From IMG/VR virus record IMGVR_UViG_3300020471_000004, positions 1 through 64,000 of that record: a stretch of 64,000 nucleotides of DNA. One strand, given 5' to 3'. Shown piece by piece: positions 8,913 through 18,746 of the stretch. The position numbers were made by a program, and so were the translations under genes. Every line of letters begins with the position of its first letter. Position 1 is the first letter of the stretch. The notes beneath the pieces are model-generated. The model had not been told where the DNA came from, ran no database searches, and saw only the letters and a program-made list of their open reading frames with translations.

Positions 8913-11650
8913 TAGATATATCCCAAATTAATCAAAGTAAAGGTAGGGTCATCTACAATCACAGGAACGTTATTTAAAGAAGGTCTATTGTTGAACACAG
9001 AGGCTTGCTTAGGCATATCTTTAGGTTTAGCAGCTTTTTGTGATACAACAGAGTTCTTTTTCTCAGGTTTAGGCTCAGGTATATTAACAATGACCTCAGG
9101 CGGGTCTTGCTTTTCAAAAGGGCTAAACCTCTCAGGAACATTAGACGGCATAGTGCTGTCTATCATTGGGCTTATGTTTTGCTCTATAGGAGAGTTGATA
9201 AAACTTGAATAACTTTGTGATACTGCATCGACAATCTCTGCCTGACTATCTAGATTACGGTAGTCAAACACAGGTTGGTTAGTAGACAAGTTATACTCTC
9301 GAGAGCTAGGCTCAGGACTTAGACCGTGTTTGGTTCTGACAATCTCCTGTGCCCTAGCATAGCTTAAACCAGGGCTAGTACTTTTAATGCTTTCTATCTC
9401 TGCCTCTATCAAAGCATAGTTTGCTACATAAGTACGCTCTTTAGCTTCTTCGCGCTCTTTTTCCAGAAGCGCTCGTTCTTTTTTGTTTTGCCTAGATCTG
9501 TTTGCAAGATGCGATTCAACGTAGTTACTAGACCTTCTTAACTCGTTTGCGCTCTCTCTTGCGCTTTCTACTATAGGATTACTGTCAAAAGTTTGAGAAA
9601 TTATTTCACCGTTTCTTAGTCGGGCACTACCATCAATAATATTGCCTGAGGCATCCATCAAACCTGCCTGTCTTGCAGAGTTGTTTATAGACTCTTCTAA
9701 TTCGGCAAATTCTCTATCTTGAAAAGTCATATCTGATTCGGTATATGCTTTAGATTCAGGCTCATCTTCTCCCATTATACTAGAGACAATTCCCTCTACA
9801 GCCTCTTCACCTAACCAGCCTCCTGCCATTGCGCCTAAGAAACCTCCTACAGCAGTACCTGCAAAAGGTAGTATCATTGTTCCTAAAGCTGCACCAGCAG
9901 AACCGCCTGCTAAAGCACCTCCTAGTCTACCACCTGCGCCTGCATACTCTACTGTCTTTTCATCGTCAGAAAGAGTAGCATCGTTGTAGGTGCTGTACAC
10001 ATCAGCACCTGCAAACAAAGGTTCAAGAATAGGCACACGACCTAAGGTACGAAGCAAACCTGCTTTAGGAACACGAACTGCGCGTTCAGGAACATCAGGT
10101 GCAGAAACAGGAGGCATAGGGTTTGCTCTTGCTTCTCTTACACTGCGTAGTTTATTTACGCCCATGTAACCTAGACCACCAGCACCTGCAAGAGCGAGAG
10201 CTGAACCCATAGAAGAATCAGGTTGCTCGTAACTTGCGTTCAGTTGTTCTAGTTGCGGTTCAGGTATAGATACTTCTGAGGCATCAATTTCGTCATCATC
10301 ACTACGAAACATATCTAAAGCAAGAAGTCCGCCAGTAGCAAGTAACGCATATTTACCTTTACCTTTAGCACCCTCAGTTATTAAATTCTTGGCACTGTTT
10401 CGGAGATTGCTAAATAAACCCCCTCTTGCACCTTGGTTAGGCTGTGCGTTAACAGGACGCTGCGTAGTCGATTCTTCGACAAAAGTAGGAGTAGACTGTC
10501 TGCCTTGTATAAACTTTTTAGTAGCGTAACCTGCACCGGCTACACCTAAGGCAGTAGCTACTGTGCCTGAACCTGTGTCATATACAGCACTTGCGGCATC
10601 AATGCTATCTTGACCTACAGCATCACCTACGGTTTCCCGTAATGTCCGAAAGCCAGGTATCATATCAAGAATGTTAGTGAAAGCTTCACGAATGGCAGTA
10701 CCTACACTGCGTACCACATCACCTAGCATACCAGGTAAGTCATTAAAGGCAGCGTTTAGCTTTTCAAAGGCTTTGTCTGCAAGGTTGTTCCAGTTATCTT
10801 TAAGATAAGTAAAACCGTCTTTGACCATCTTTATAAGGTCTACACCAAAGAAAGCCTGTAGAACATCATATGCAAGGATAAGTCCTGTTACTACTGCGCT
10901 GATTATTTGCATACCTTTACCAAGTACACCCATAATTCGCCCTAGCTTACCTCCACCAGACGTGCCTCCGAATCCACCGAAGCCGCCTAGCCCACCTAGA
11001 CCAAACATTCCACCCAGACCTCCCATCATGCCTCCGAACGGCATAGTAGGTGCTTTAATATCCTCAGACTGTTCACCTAATTCAGGTTCTTTATCTTTAG
11101 AAAGCTCTTTCTGGTCTTGATCAAAGTCTCTGTCTTTTTGATAACTAAACTGGTCTGCGTATATGTCACGAAGATTACCGATAAGGTTATTGCCTTTATC
11201 GATAGTGTCTATTTGCCTGCGCGATTGCATATCAACCGTATCAGTCAGTGCATCTAGTTTTGTTTCGGTAATAGAAGCAAGAGCATTCACAGACTCTTTT
11301 ACTTTACTATCGCCTTCTACGTAAGGAACTAAGGCAGCAGTTTCAGGTGGTTCATTATACTCAATGTTTACGTTACGCTCTGTGCCTGCGAATTCAGTAA
11401 GCACACGTTGTAACCTATCAGGAAAGCTTGACAGGTCTAGTGAAGCATTAGAATCTCCAATAGCTACAGCATCAGGTCCCATTACATACACATTATCAGG
11501 ATAAAAGCTTGCACCTGTACTGGGGTCTTTGGGAGGATTTGGAGGAATTACAGGTCCTCTGGGTCTGCGTTTAGGTCGATCGGCATTGTCAGCTCTTTTG
11601 GCAGCTAACCTATCTGCGGTATCACCTAAAAGTTCTTCAACGTTTACCAT
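8912..11650 (-). CDS. putative tape-measure / gp29-like hub protein
   Basis: 912 aa, helical, Gly-zipper and hydrophobic segments (GGALAGGSAGAALGTMILPFAGTAVGGFLGAMAGG), follows two gp26-like genes. Confidence 0.55.
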   Translation of the reverse strand: MVNVEELLGDTADRLAAKRADNADRPKRRPRGPVIPPNPPKDPSTGASFYPDNVYVMGPDAVAIGDSNASLDLSSFPDRLQRVLTEFAGTERNVNIEYNEPPETAALVPYVEGDSKVKESVNALASITETKLDALTDTVDMQSRRQIDTIDKGNNLIGNLRDIYADQFSYQKDRDFDQDQKELSKDKEPELGEQSEDIKAPTMPFGGMMGGLGGMFGLGGLGGFGGFGGTSGGGKLGRIMGVLGKGMQIISAVVTGLILAYDVLQAFFGVDLIKMVKDGFTYLKDNWNNLADKAFEKLNAAFNDLPGMLGDVVRSVGTAIREAFTNILDMIPGFRTLRETVGDAVGQDSIDAASAVYDTGSGTVATALGVAGAGYATKKFIQGRQSTPTFVEESTTQRPVNAQPNQGARGGLFSNLRNSAKNLITEGAKGKGKYALLATGGLLALDMFRSDDDEIDASEVSIPEPQLEQLNASYEQPDSSMGSALALAGAGGLGYMGVNKLRSVREARANPMPPVSAPDVPERAVRVPKAGLLRTLGRVPILEPLFAGADVYSTYNDATLSDDEKTVEYAGAGGRLGGALAGGSAGAALGTMILPFAGTAVGGFLGAMAGGWLGEEAVEGIVSSIMGEDEPESKAYTESDMTFQDREFAELEESINNSARQAGLMDASGNIIDGSARLRNGEIISQTFDSNPIVESARESANELRRSSNYVESHLANRSRQNKKERALLEKEREEAKERTYVANYALIEAEIESIKSTSPGLSYARAQEIVRTKHGLSPEPSSREYNLSTNQPVFDYRNLDSQAEIVDAVSQSYSSFINSPIEQNISPMIDSTMPSNVPERFSPFEKQDPPEVIVNIPEPKPEKKNSVVSQKAAKPKDMPKQASVFNNRPSLNNVPVIVDDPTFTLINLGYI

Positions 11651-12599
11651 AGTGTTTAGCCAAAGTTGGAGACATAGAAGAGCTTTTCGATGCAGCCTGT
11701 TTACGTCTTTCTTCTTCTTGCTTCTGTTTGTCTTTTACTAGACAAGAATGCCAATAAAGAAGTTTCATAACAGGAGTATCTTCGGAAATAACAGCACCTT
11801 GGAATTGACCAAATATGTTGTACTGCAAATCCATTATCTTCTGCTGGTCTATAGCTGGTAGTATTTCAAATATGTCTAGGTCTTTATCAACGGTGTACGG
11901 CTTGTCGCACCTGTTGCATTTTAGATCATACATGATTCGAGTGCCGTAAGGCAATGCCTGAAAACGTTCTATATCACCTGCGGTCTTTTCGTAATCATCA
12001 TACCAATCAAATAACTCTAAAGCTTCTTTTAAGGTATCACAATCTAACCACATAAGATAGGGAACAATGTGTTCGTACTCAGGTTCTTCTAGCAGGTCTT
12101 CTGCTTCAAGCAAGTCACGCACAAGAGGAAATTTATAACCTTTAGGTAACTTAAACCCTACTGGAATCTGAGTAGTTCGGGTACGTATATTGTACACCAA
12201 GGTAGTGTTTTTACGTTTACATGCAGCGCGTTCATACCCAAGTTGTTCTAAACTGGTACTGTTTAGTTTCTCTAGATAAGGAACATCCTTTATCACACGT
12301 TCTATACCTATTGACTGAATAGGCCAGTTAGTGCAGGTCCATGTTACAGTCATAACGTTTTCAGGATAACTTTTTTGTTTTAACCAATGTAGGATATATT
12401 TAAAATCAAGTACTCTAAGTTGGGTAACGTCTATGTCAACATGAGACTGAATCAAGTTAACTAGTGTACCTACGCTTCGGTGCTGCGTGGCATTAAATAG
12501 AGTAAGCATATCCCCTACTTCAAGAGGTTTAAGGCGAATACGGTCGAAGGGATAATCGGAATAATCACTAATTATCCCTCCTATTTCAAGCATACTCAC
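11637..12599 (-). CDS. baseplate hub assembly protein (T4 gp26-like), paralogue 2
   Basis: IRLKPLEVGD..LRVLDFKYILHWLKQKSY..C and C-terminal CNRC. Confidence 0.6.
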   Translation of the reverse strand: MSMLEIGGIISDYSDYPFDRIRLKPLEVGDMLTLFNATQHRSVGTLVNLIQSHVDIDVTQLRVLDFKYILHWLKQKSYPENVMTVTWTCTNWPIQSIGIERVIKDVPYLEKLNSTSLEQLGYERAACKRKNTTLVYNIRTRTTQIPVGFKLPKGYKFPLVRDLLEAEDLLEEPEYEHIVPYLMWLDCDTLKEALELFDWYDDYEKTAGDIERFQALPYGTRIMYDLKCNRCDKPYTVDKDLDIFEILPAIDQQKIMDLQYNIFGQFQGAVISEDTPVMKLLYWHSCLVKDKQKQEEERRKQAASKSSSMSPTLAKHYGKR

Positions 12600-13363
12600 G
12601 TTTGTCTAAAGAAAGACTCTGCACCTAGAGAAATTCTTTGTCTTACTGCGGTTTTGCAGCAACGGCATTCAGCAATAAGCATATTACTAGGGCCGTGTGC
12701 GTAGTCGTGGTTATACTGGTCACCTTCGTCCAGTATATCTACATCACGTTCGCCTTGTGCCGCAACCCACTCTAGTTTTTCTTTAAGCGTTCTGCCGTGT
12801 TTAACCCATTGAAGACCTGGCAGCAATTGTGCCATGTTATGGTCTTTAACCAGTCGCATGTACTCAGGCAGCAAAGTAGCGTTAGGAATCTCGAAGTCTT
12901 CACCTAAAACAATTTCTTGTTCAGGCAAATATACAACAGGAATATCATCAAGCTTATACACTTGCGTATTGTCTGTTCCGCAACTTACAGGCACAAGGGT
13001 CTGGTCTTTGAATTCAGGATCCATCATAAGACGTTTGGCATCAGGGGCACTAATGCGCTCTTGATTGTCTTTTGTGTGATACCAGAACCCATCACAGGTC
13101 CAGCTTAGAGAAAGAGGAGTACGTAGACTGCATCTAAGGTAAGTTACAACATAATAGAAATCACCTACAGTTAAGTAGTTAAGCGGTACGTTAACTGAGG
13201 TACGAATTGCTTCTACAAATGCCTCTGGGCTACTTTTAGATACTGCGGTACTGAATAGCTGCATCTGTTTTAAGCTCAAGCGTTGTATATTTAATTGAGG
13301 ATACTTATCCTTAGGAATTAATTTACCACGAGAAGGTAAATCGTCTAGTGCTACTGTTTTCAT
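12596..13363 (-). CDS. baseplate hub assembly protein (T4 gp26-like), paralogue 1
   Basis: LPSRGK..LTVGDFYYVVTYLR..WTC and C-terminal CRCC..FF. Confidence 0.65.
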   Translation of the reverse strand: MKTVALDDLPSRGKLIPKDKYPQLNIQRLSLKQMQLFSTAVSKSSPEAFVEAIRTSVNVPLNYLTVGDFYYVVTYLRCSLRTPLSLSWTCDGFWYHTKDNQERISAPDAKRLMMDPEFKDQTLVPVSCGTDNTQVYKLDDIPVVYLPEQEIVLGEDFEIPNATLLPEYMRLVKDHNMAQLLPGLQWVKHGRTLKEKLEWVAAQGERDVDILDEGDQYNHDYAHGPSNMLIAECRCCKTAVRQRISLGAESFFRQT

Positions 13364-13369
13364 ATTTTC

Positions 13370-13894
13370 CTATACTGGTAAAGGCACGAATGCGTCACAT
13401 GCCACGTTAAGGCTTAGTTTATGCCTGTCATTTGATGCGTAAGTTAATTGCAGAGGTTGGATTCCTAGGGGCCATGCATTACGAGCTATTCCTTCCAAGA
13501 TAACTTCATTCTGGTCATTAAGAAGAAGAAACTTTAGGTCACGCTTGTAGAAAGATGCAGGGTAGTAACCGCCTGTTGAAGGGTTCTGTATTTTGGACTG
13601 CCAGTTCAGTATGTATCTCATAGAACGGGCTTTTTGATCCTCGTAGAGAACCATATCAAAAGGCTGGACTTGACTTCCGCCTGGAAAGAAAATGTTGGTT
13701 GCTGCAATAGTTTTTGATTTTTCAGCTATCTGAGGAAAAGGTAACGAGGCTTCTTCACAATAATGAGGCTGTATAGTTTCAGCACCGTTAAATGTAGGGA
13801 ATGCATCTACAATCCACTTCATTTGCATTAGAGGAGCGCCAGTATCTTTGGTAGCCTCGTATAACTCCTGAATTGTTATTTCTCTTTTTGCCAT
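13370..13894 (-). CDS. tail tube-like protein (gp19/gp54 family)
   Basis: CEEASLP..YED..W..I..G.Y..YKRD..NAWPLGI tube-fold pattern. Confidence 0.7.
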   Translation of the reverse strand: MAKREITIQELYEATKDTGAPLMQMKWIVDAFPTFNGAETIQPHYCEEASLPFPQIAEKSKTIAATNIFFPGGSQVQPFDMVLYEDQKARSMRYILNWQSKIQNPSTGGYYPASFYKRDLKFLLLNDQNEVILEGIARNAWPLGIQPLQLTYASNDRHKLSLNVACDAFVPLPV

Positions 13895-13916
13895 ATAGAC
13901 CTCGACACAGTGGACT

Positions 13917-14603
13917 CTATTCCAAGTCCACTACCATCAACAAATGTTTAACTTCGCCTTGAAGCCGTGTCGTGCCTACTTCTACGTCAATACCGCGAAT
14001 GGAACTTTCAACCGTTTCTTCTAACTCTTCTGCCCAGTCACCGAACTCACCTACGCGCAAATGGTTACGCCTACGGTAAGAGCGCAATGTACTAGATACA
14101 TCATAGAAGTGATAGAATTCCCCAGGTAACATTTCTTGTGTCTTGATGAACTTGATACGGTTCATTCCTGGGTATTTAACTTTTGAAAGACGGGAAGTTA
14201 ATCCAGTATTTTCTTTAGGTGCTTTTAAATCTTTAACACGAACCTCTACAGTCTTGGTCCCTTTGCTAGGGTCAAGCTTGTTTTGTTTATCGTGTCCTGC
14301 AGGTGCACCTCTTAAACTATCTTTAACAGACTTACCATCTACCTTACCAGTAAATGTGCGTGAGCGTTTAAGTAAAGCACTCAGTTCTCGTTGAGATATT
14401 TTGAACTTTAGGTCCAGTGCTTCTGCATCGATTAAATAGAAGTTACCGCCACGAATAGGCTTAACTCCAAAAACATGACCTGCTTCTAGAATTAGATCGT
14501 AACTACGGTGGTGTTGTAGAAACTTTGCAGGTCTTTTGCCTAAGAACTTATACCAAGCGCAGCTTTTAACGTCTACAGGTTTTGCCGATAGACTTATAAG
14601 CAT
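13917..14603 (-). CDS. basic hypothetical protein, tagged putative head cargo
   Basis: Starts MLISLSA; N-terminal domain similar to 40585..42285 and 27881..28819. Confidence 0.7.
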   Translation of the reverse strand: MLISLSAKPVDVKSCAWYKFLGKRPAKFLQHHRSYDLILEAGHVFGVKPIRGGNFYLIDAEALDLKFKISQRELSALLKRSRTFTGKVDGKSVKDSLRGAPAGHDKQNKLDPSKGTKTVEVRVKDLKAPKENTGLTSRLSKVKYPGMNRIKFIKTQEMLPGEFYHFYDVSSTLRSYRRRNHLRVGEFGDWAEELEETVESSIRGIDVEVGTTRLQGEVKHLLMVVDLE

Positions 14604-14606
14604 AAC

Positions 14607-14936
14607 TTATCTTCTTTTAGGTTTAGGTAAACGTTGAAGCATCTGTATTTTGCGCTTGTACTCCATATAGAAAGAACGCGCTTCTTTACGTGCTTCTTGA
14701 ATCTCCTGAGGAGAGCCTTCACGATACTTAACTTTATCCAGGCGCGAAAGAATTTTAGAGCGCAAGTTACGAGCTTCACGCTGCATAACTGAATAACGAT
14801 CTTTTTTCTGGATACGCTTACGGTAAGGCCCCCGGCGACGGCGAGGTCGAAAGCGGCGCATACGTCTTTGTGCAGGGTCTACACCTAAATCTTTGTAGTC
14901 AACAGATTCAGATGAAAGGTCAAGATTGATTTTCAT
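14607..14936 (-). CDS. Arg-rich putative DNA-binding internal head protein
   Basis: MKINLDLSSES followed by RRMRRFRPRRRRGPYRKR; AAGGA SD. Confidence 0.65.
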   Translation of the reverse strand: MKINLDLSSESVDYKDLGVDPAQRRMRRFRPRRRRGPYRKRIQKKDRYSVMQREARNLRSKILSRLDKVKYREGSPQEIQEARKEARSFYMEYKRKIQMLQRLPKPKRR

Positions 14937-14986
14937 AAGTAAGAATCCTTTAAATCGGCCTTCCTTGGCCCTACTTCACGGCTAAA

Positions 14987-15499
14987 TTAGGCAACTTCTT
15001 TGTAGTAGTCGAAGCTGAATTCAACAGCAACAGGAAGAGCTTGCGAACTAGAACCGTCAAAAGAAAGATCAGGTACAGTCTTGGGCCAGACACCGAAGAT
15101 TTCATAAACAGCGGCTTCACTACCGTCCTGTTTAAAGATTCGGAAAGTGCCTGTGACTGCGTAGTCTGCTTTAAAGTTACCAAGCTGAGATTCATGGTCA
15201 CGGCAATAATTAACCCACTGTTCGAGAGGTTTATAAATTGCCATTTCAGAGTTTTCAGCAAACTCTGCACTCATGCTTCCTGTAACGGTATTCTTACCTG
15301 CGTGCCGCACAGTATGACCAAATACTTCTATCAATACTTCTTCGATAGTCATACCAGGCTTAGTAGCAGTACGGCACTGAATACGCAAAGCTTCTCCAGC
15401 ATTTATACCATCAGGTAACTGCGGAAAAGAAAGCTCGTAGTTGTCTGACAATAAAGGATCGCCGATACTTATAGCATCGTCAAGTGTTGGTTTAGTCAT
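14987..15499 (-). CDS. tail tube protein (T4 gp19-like)
   Basis: Immediately after the sheath; CRTATKPG..HAG..GVWPKTV..VEFSFDY. Confidence 0.85.
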   Translation of the reverse strand: MTKPTLDDAISIGDPLLSDNYELSFPQLPDGINAGEALRIQCRTATKPGMTIEEVLIEVFGHTVRHAGKNTVTGSMSAEFAENSEMAIYKPLEQWVNYCRDHESQLGNFKADYAVTGTFRIFKQDGSEAAVYEIFGVWPKTVPDLSFDGSSSQALPVAVEFSFDYYKEVA

Positions 15500-15510
15500 A
15501 TTAAATTACC

Positions 15511-17130
15511 TTATGTCCGGTCGAGATATTCGATAGCTGATTGAATCTGACCCGTTTTCGGAACTACTGCGGTCAAGTGAATTCGTTTGGTATAACGAGT
15601 AGGGTCAAGATAAACATCAACGATTAGATCGCCATTAGCAATAGTGTCATTGGTGTTATTACGACGGTCACAAATAACTTCAAACCAGTACAGGCCACGA
15701 CCGCGGCGCACAGGTTCAAGTAAGTTTGTTAATGTAGTTTTTTGTTGGTCCATCAGCAATTGCGTGATAGGTTTGAACACAGCATATTGGTTATTAAGCT
15801 GTACCGCGGCATGAAGCATAGCAAGCATACGGCGAACACCAACATCCTGTACAGCACTTTTCACAGTGTATAGCGTATCAGCACCCCAAACAACTACACC
15901 GTAGCCTGTCATGTTACGCACGATATTGATTTGGTTTTCAACTAATGCGTTACGGTGACCTTGCTTGTAATTCTGATTAAGATTCAGAATACCATTAAGC
16001 GTACCGTTTTGGATACCTGCAGGTGCAAACCAAGGCGCTTCGTTTTCATCAGTACGAGCATATACCGCAGCTACGTGACCGCTAGGTGGTACCCAAACGT
16101 CAACACCGTTACCTGTATCTCTAACCAATAAGTCAGGGCCGTAGATTGCACTGTGGCTAGAATTCAGGTTCAAGATATTGCGTCTGTAGTCAATAGCTGC
16201 CTGTGTTTCTTGCATATCGCTAGGTAAGTCTAGAACTGCAATACAGTCTTGGCGTACAGTGCAGATGGTATCCATCTTTAATTGAATTGCAGGGTCAGAG
16301 TAGCCTGCATTAATCAAGATGTTTACATCAATTTCTTCTGGGTCCATATAACGATCCCAGGCATTGATAATGTCACCTGTAGTTATTGGGTTACCGTCAC
16401 TACCTTGAGTAAGCTGACCGTTAAGCTCGTTGTTAACGTCATCGCGCATACCTCCACCGATAGCATTAATTAACTGAGGCTTATTGGTATTTGCAAACTC
16501 GTAATGCTGAGTATTGAAACGAATACTCACAAGATTACTACGTTTGTTTACCTGGTCTTCGATATACATTTGACGACCAGACTCGTCTACTTTACGGAAA
16601 CAAGTACCTACGTATTCTTCAAGAGGTATTGTATTTGAACCTTCGTAAACTCGGAAATAGAAGCTATCGCCAGAGTCATCTGCGGTGTTAGGGAAGAACT
16701 CTATCCAGAGATTATTGTTCCATTCACCTTCGTCACGACCGTACACGAGCATAATATCATCTTGTGTTAGTGTGACAGCGTTAGGGTTAGCAAAGCCTGC
16801 ACCTAAGCTTCGAGTATCGCTGTAGTTATTGTCTGTGAATACGATTACGCCGCCGTAAAGGGCATCACGCGCAACACGAGTAAAATATAGGCGATTAGCT
16901 TCTGCTAGAAACGCCTCGGCGCAGTAGTGCGCTTTGTTTTTAACAGGATCTTTCGTGCCGAAAATTCGGCGAAAGTCTTCGTTGTCAGTTGCTAGTGTAG
17001 GTACGCCGATAGGTCCGCGTGTTGAGTACCCTACCATGCCACCAATAGAGGTAGCAGCGGCAGTAATACGCTGGTCACGCAAATTCTCGGCAGTATATAC
17101 ACCCGCTGACGAATTACTGGTAGCAAGCAT
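15511..17130 (-). CDS. tail sheath protein 1
   Basis: AGVY, GPIG.P, LYFTRV, DCIAVLD, VPPSGHVAA, PWFAPAG, VWG, VRR motifs. Confidence 0.92.
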   Translation of the reverse strand: MLATSNSSAGVYTAENLRDQRITAAATSIGGMVGYSTRGPIGVPTLATDNEDFRRIFGTKDPVKNKAHYCAEAFLAEANRLYFTRVARDALYGGVIVFTDNNYSDTRSLGAGFANPNAVTLTQDDIMLVYGRDEGEWNNNLWIEFFPNTADDSGDSFYFRVYEGSNTIPLEEYVGTCFRKVDESGRQMYIEDQVNKRSNLVSIRFNTQHYEFANTNKPQLINAIGGGMRDDVNNELNGQLTQGSDGNPITTGDIINAWDRYMDPEEIDVNILINAGYSDPAIQLKMDTICTVRQDCIAVLDLPSDMQETQAAIDYRRNILNLNSSHSAIYGPDLLVRDTGNGVDVWVPPSGHVAAVYARTDENEAPWFAPAGIQNGTLNGILNLNQNYKQGHRNALVENQINIVRNMTGYGVVVWGADTLYTVKSAVQDVGVRRMLAMLHAAVQLNNQYAVFKPITQLLMDQQKTTLTNLLEPVRRGRGLYWFEVICDRRNNTNDTIANGDLIVDVYLDPTRYTKRIHLTAVVPKTGQIQSAIEYLDRT

Positions 17131-17163
17131 GTATGTTACTCCTATGGATTTAACTCTACTTAA

Positions 17164-17177
17164 CTAGAATTAAATTA
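17164..17177 (-). promoter_or_regulatory. candidate late promoter (TAATTTAATT)
   Basis: Intergenic, upstream of sheath 1; 13/14 identical to 2367..2380. Confidence 0.6.
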
Positions 17178-17181
17178 TTGT

Positions 17182-17577
17182 TCAAGCATAAGAAATTTTG
17201 ATGCTTTGTTCGATTTCAGACCGTATTGTCAGACGTCCGCTAAACTGTCCTGCAAAACAAAACACACGTTTAATATCCAACGCAACGGTGTTGTACAAAC
17301 TAGAGTCACCTAACTCTAATATAAAGTTATAAGGTGCTTCTAACAACAGAAAATGTTTTTGATTATATTCAGGTAGTAACCAAAAGTCTGTAGGTGAAAC
17401 CATACGAGACTGACGAGTTAAAGTATCTGAATGAGGAACAAGGGCACTAGTAGACTGCCGAGAAACTACACTGGTAGTCCATACAGTAGCACTTGAGATA
17501 GCTACATCGAAAGTATAGGTAACACCTACGTCTTTGGGCCGATGTATTGTGCTGTTTACTTTAATTGGAGTTCTCAT
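17182..17577 (-). CDS. hypothetical (probably virion) protein
   Basis: 131 aa, TAATG-coupled, upstream of the sheath. Confidence 0.6.
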   Translation of the reverse strand: MRTPIKVNSTIHRPKDVGVTYTFDVAISSATVWTTSVVSRQSTSALVPHSDTLTRQSRMVSPTDFWLLPEYNQKHFLLLEAPYNFILELGDSSLYNTVALDIKRVFCFAGQFSGRLTIRSEIEQSIKISYA

Positions 17578-18230
17578 TAAGAATCCACCGCTTTGTTAGG
17601 TACTAGGTTATAAGTAATTTCACCTTCGTTATTAAACTTAGGTACGTCTTTACTTGTTCCTATATATCCATCAATACGAAAAGACATTTCTAGACCAAAG
17701 TTACCAGGACTAGATTCATCTTCTAGGGATGCCTCAGGAAAAGGTACGCTATTATCTTCGGTATAAATACGGTTAACAAAGTCCACACCTTGATTTCCTA
17801 TTGGTATATGAACTTTTACGTTCAGCGCCTCAGTCTGCATAAGAATAAGCCAGCGCTCTATCATAGCAAGCGTATCTTGAATATTGTTGGAAGTATAGTG
17901 AAAGGTACAGTCAACAGTACAAGGGAAGTAGTAACCCATTGAGTATGCTGTGTTGTCTGTGGCCCCTGCAAGCGCAGTACCGTGCCTACGATGCGTCTTA
18001 ACATTACCCATATCTCTACGTATCTGAACAGTGGTTATTTTCCAGTACTGATATGGATAAGCAGAAGACGTTATGTTACGATCTTTTTTAACAGCCCCCT
18101 TGTGGTCATCGTTTGTGACTAAAGGAAAACTATCAAAATTAAACCGTTTGATGAATGCTGTCTTGGTTGCATGTAAAGAAGCATACAACGGAGCATTGGT
18201 TTGTTTAGTCCCGCCTAGTAAATCTTTCAT
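17577..18230 (-). CDS. putative tail terminator / neck protein
   Basis: Position before the sheath; P..VD..F.Y and F.IDGYI pattern. Start moved to MKDLL (18230) because the ATG at 18257 is inside the terminator stem. Confidence 0.5.
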   Translation of the reverse strand: MKDLLGGTKQTNAPLYASLHATKTAFIKRFNFDSFPLVTNDDHKGAVKKDRNITSSAYPYQYWKITTVQIRRDMGNVKTHRRHGTALAGATDNTAYSMGYYFPCTVDCTFHYTSNNIQDTLAMIERWLILMQTEALNVKVHIPIGNQGVDFVNRIYTEDNSVPFPEASLEDESSPGNFGLEMSFRIDGYIGTSKDVPKFNNEGEITYNLVPNKAVDS

Positions 18231-18244
18231 TGTTTTCTCGAAAC

Positions 18245-18292
18245 AAAAAAGCCCCATGTAATGCTAGAAATTCCAACATTATCACAGGGCTC
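18245..18292 (-). terminator. long G-U-rich intrinsic terminator ending the head operon
   Basis: Minus strand gagccc-tgtg-a-taatgttgg-aattt-ctagcatta-catg-gggc-tttttt. Confidence 0.7.
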
Positions 18293-18298
18293 GGTGAT

Positions 18299-18694
18299 TT
18301 ATTTAAGCTTTAAGCTTAAAGGGGATTTGATTGCCTTAGGCGCACTGTTTGATACAGTCTCAATATCGCCATCATCAAACAACTGTGAGCTAAAGTCAAT
18401 AGCATCTTCGTCATCGCTACGTAAGTCACCTCGGCGTAGAACCCTATGGTTTTCTTCCATTATCTCAGCCATTGCGCTGCTAATAGAATTAAGGTCACCT
18501 TCAGGTGCAGAGTAGGCAAGACTCTGTGCAAGCACTTTACCAGTGTAGTTGTCCTCAAGCAAAGAATCAATAAAGTCTTCGCTATCGGCATTGCTCATAG
18601 CAAGAGCAAACAAATAACTGGCATTTTTAAAGTCTTGTTGTTGATAGGCTATACATGATAAAGCAATCAAGTCTTTTGCATTGTTTTCTTTCAT
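18299..18694 (-). CDS. small acidic head-associated protein
   Basis: 131 aa directly after the MCP; GGAG SD; contains S-x-S sites (LNSISSA, TVSNSA). Confidence 0.7.
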   Translation of the reverse strand: MKENNAKDLIALSCIAYQQQDFKNASYLFALAMSNADSEDFIDSLLEDNYTGKVLAQSLAYSAPEGDLNSISSAMAEIMEENHRVLRRGDLRSDDEDAIDFSSQLFDDGDIETVSNSAPKAIKSPLSLKLK

Positions 18695-18710
18695 GCCCTA
18701 TCTCCGTGCT

Positions 18711-18733
18711 GAGGGAAGACCTAGTCTTCCCTC
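18711..18733. promoter_or_regulatory. perfect 10-bp hairpin after the MCP stop, no U-tract
   Basis: gagggaagac-cta-gtcttccctc. Confidence 0.65.
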
Positions 18734-18746
18734 GGTTAAACGAATC

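Noticed and set aside
14971-15270. Alternative-frame minus-strand ORF over the tube gene (similar ones at 19037, 20083, 53384)
   Set aside because: No slippery site or SD seen; expected from codon bias in highly expressed genes.
4371-17130. Bacterial T6SS/eCIS/tailocin locus
   Set aside because: Capsid, scaffold, prohead protease and phage-type gene packing indicate a complete phage.
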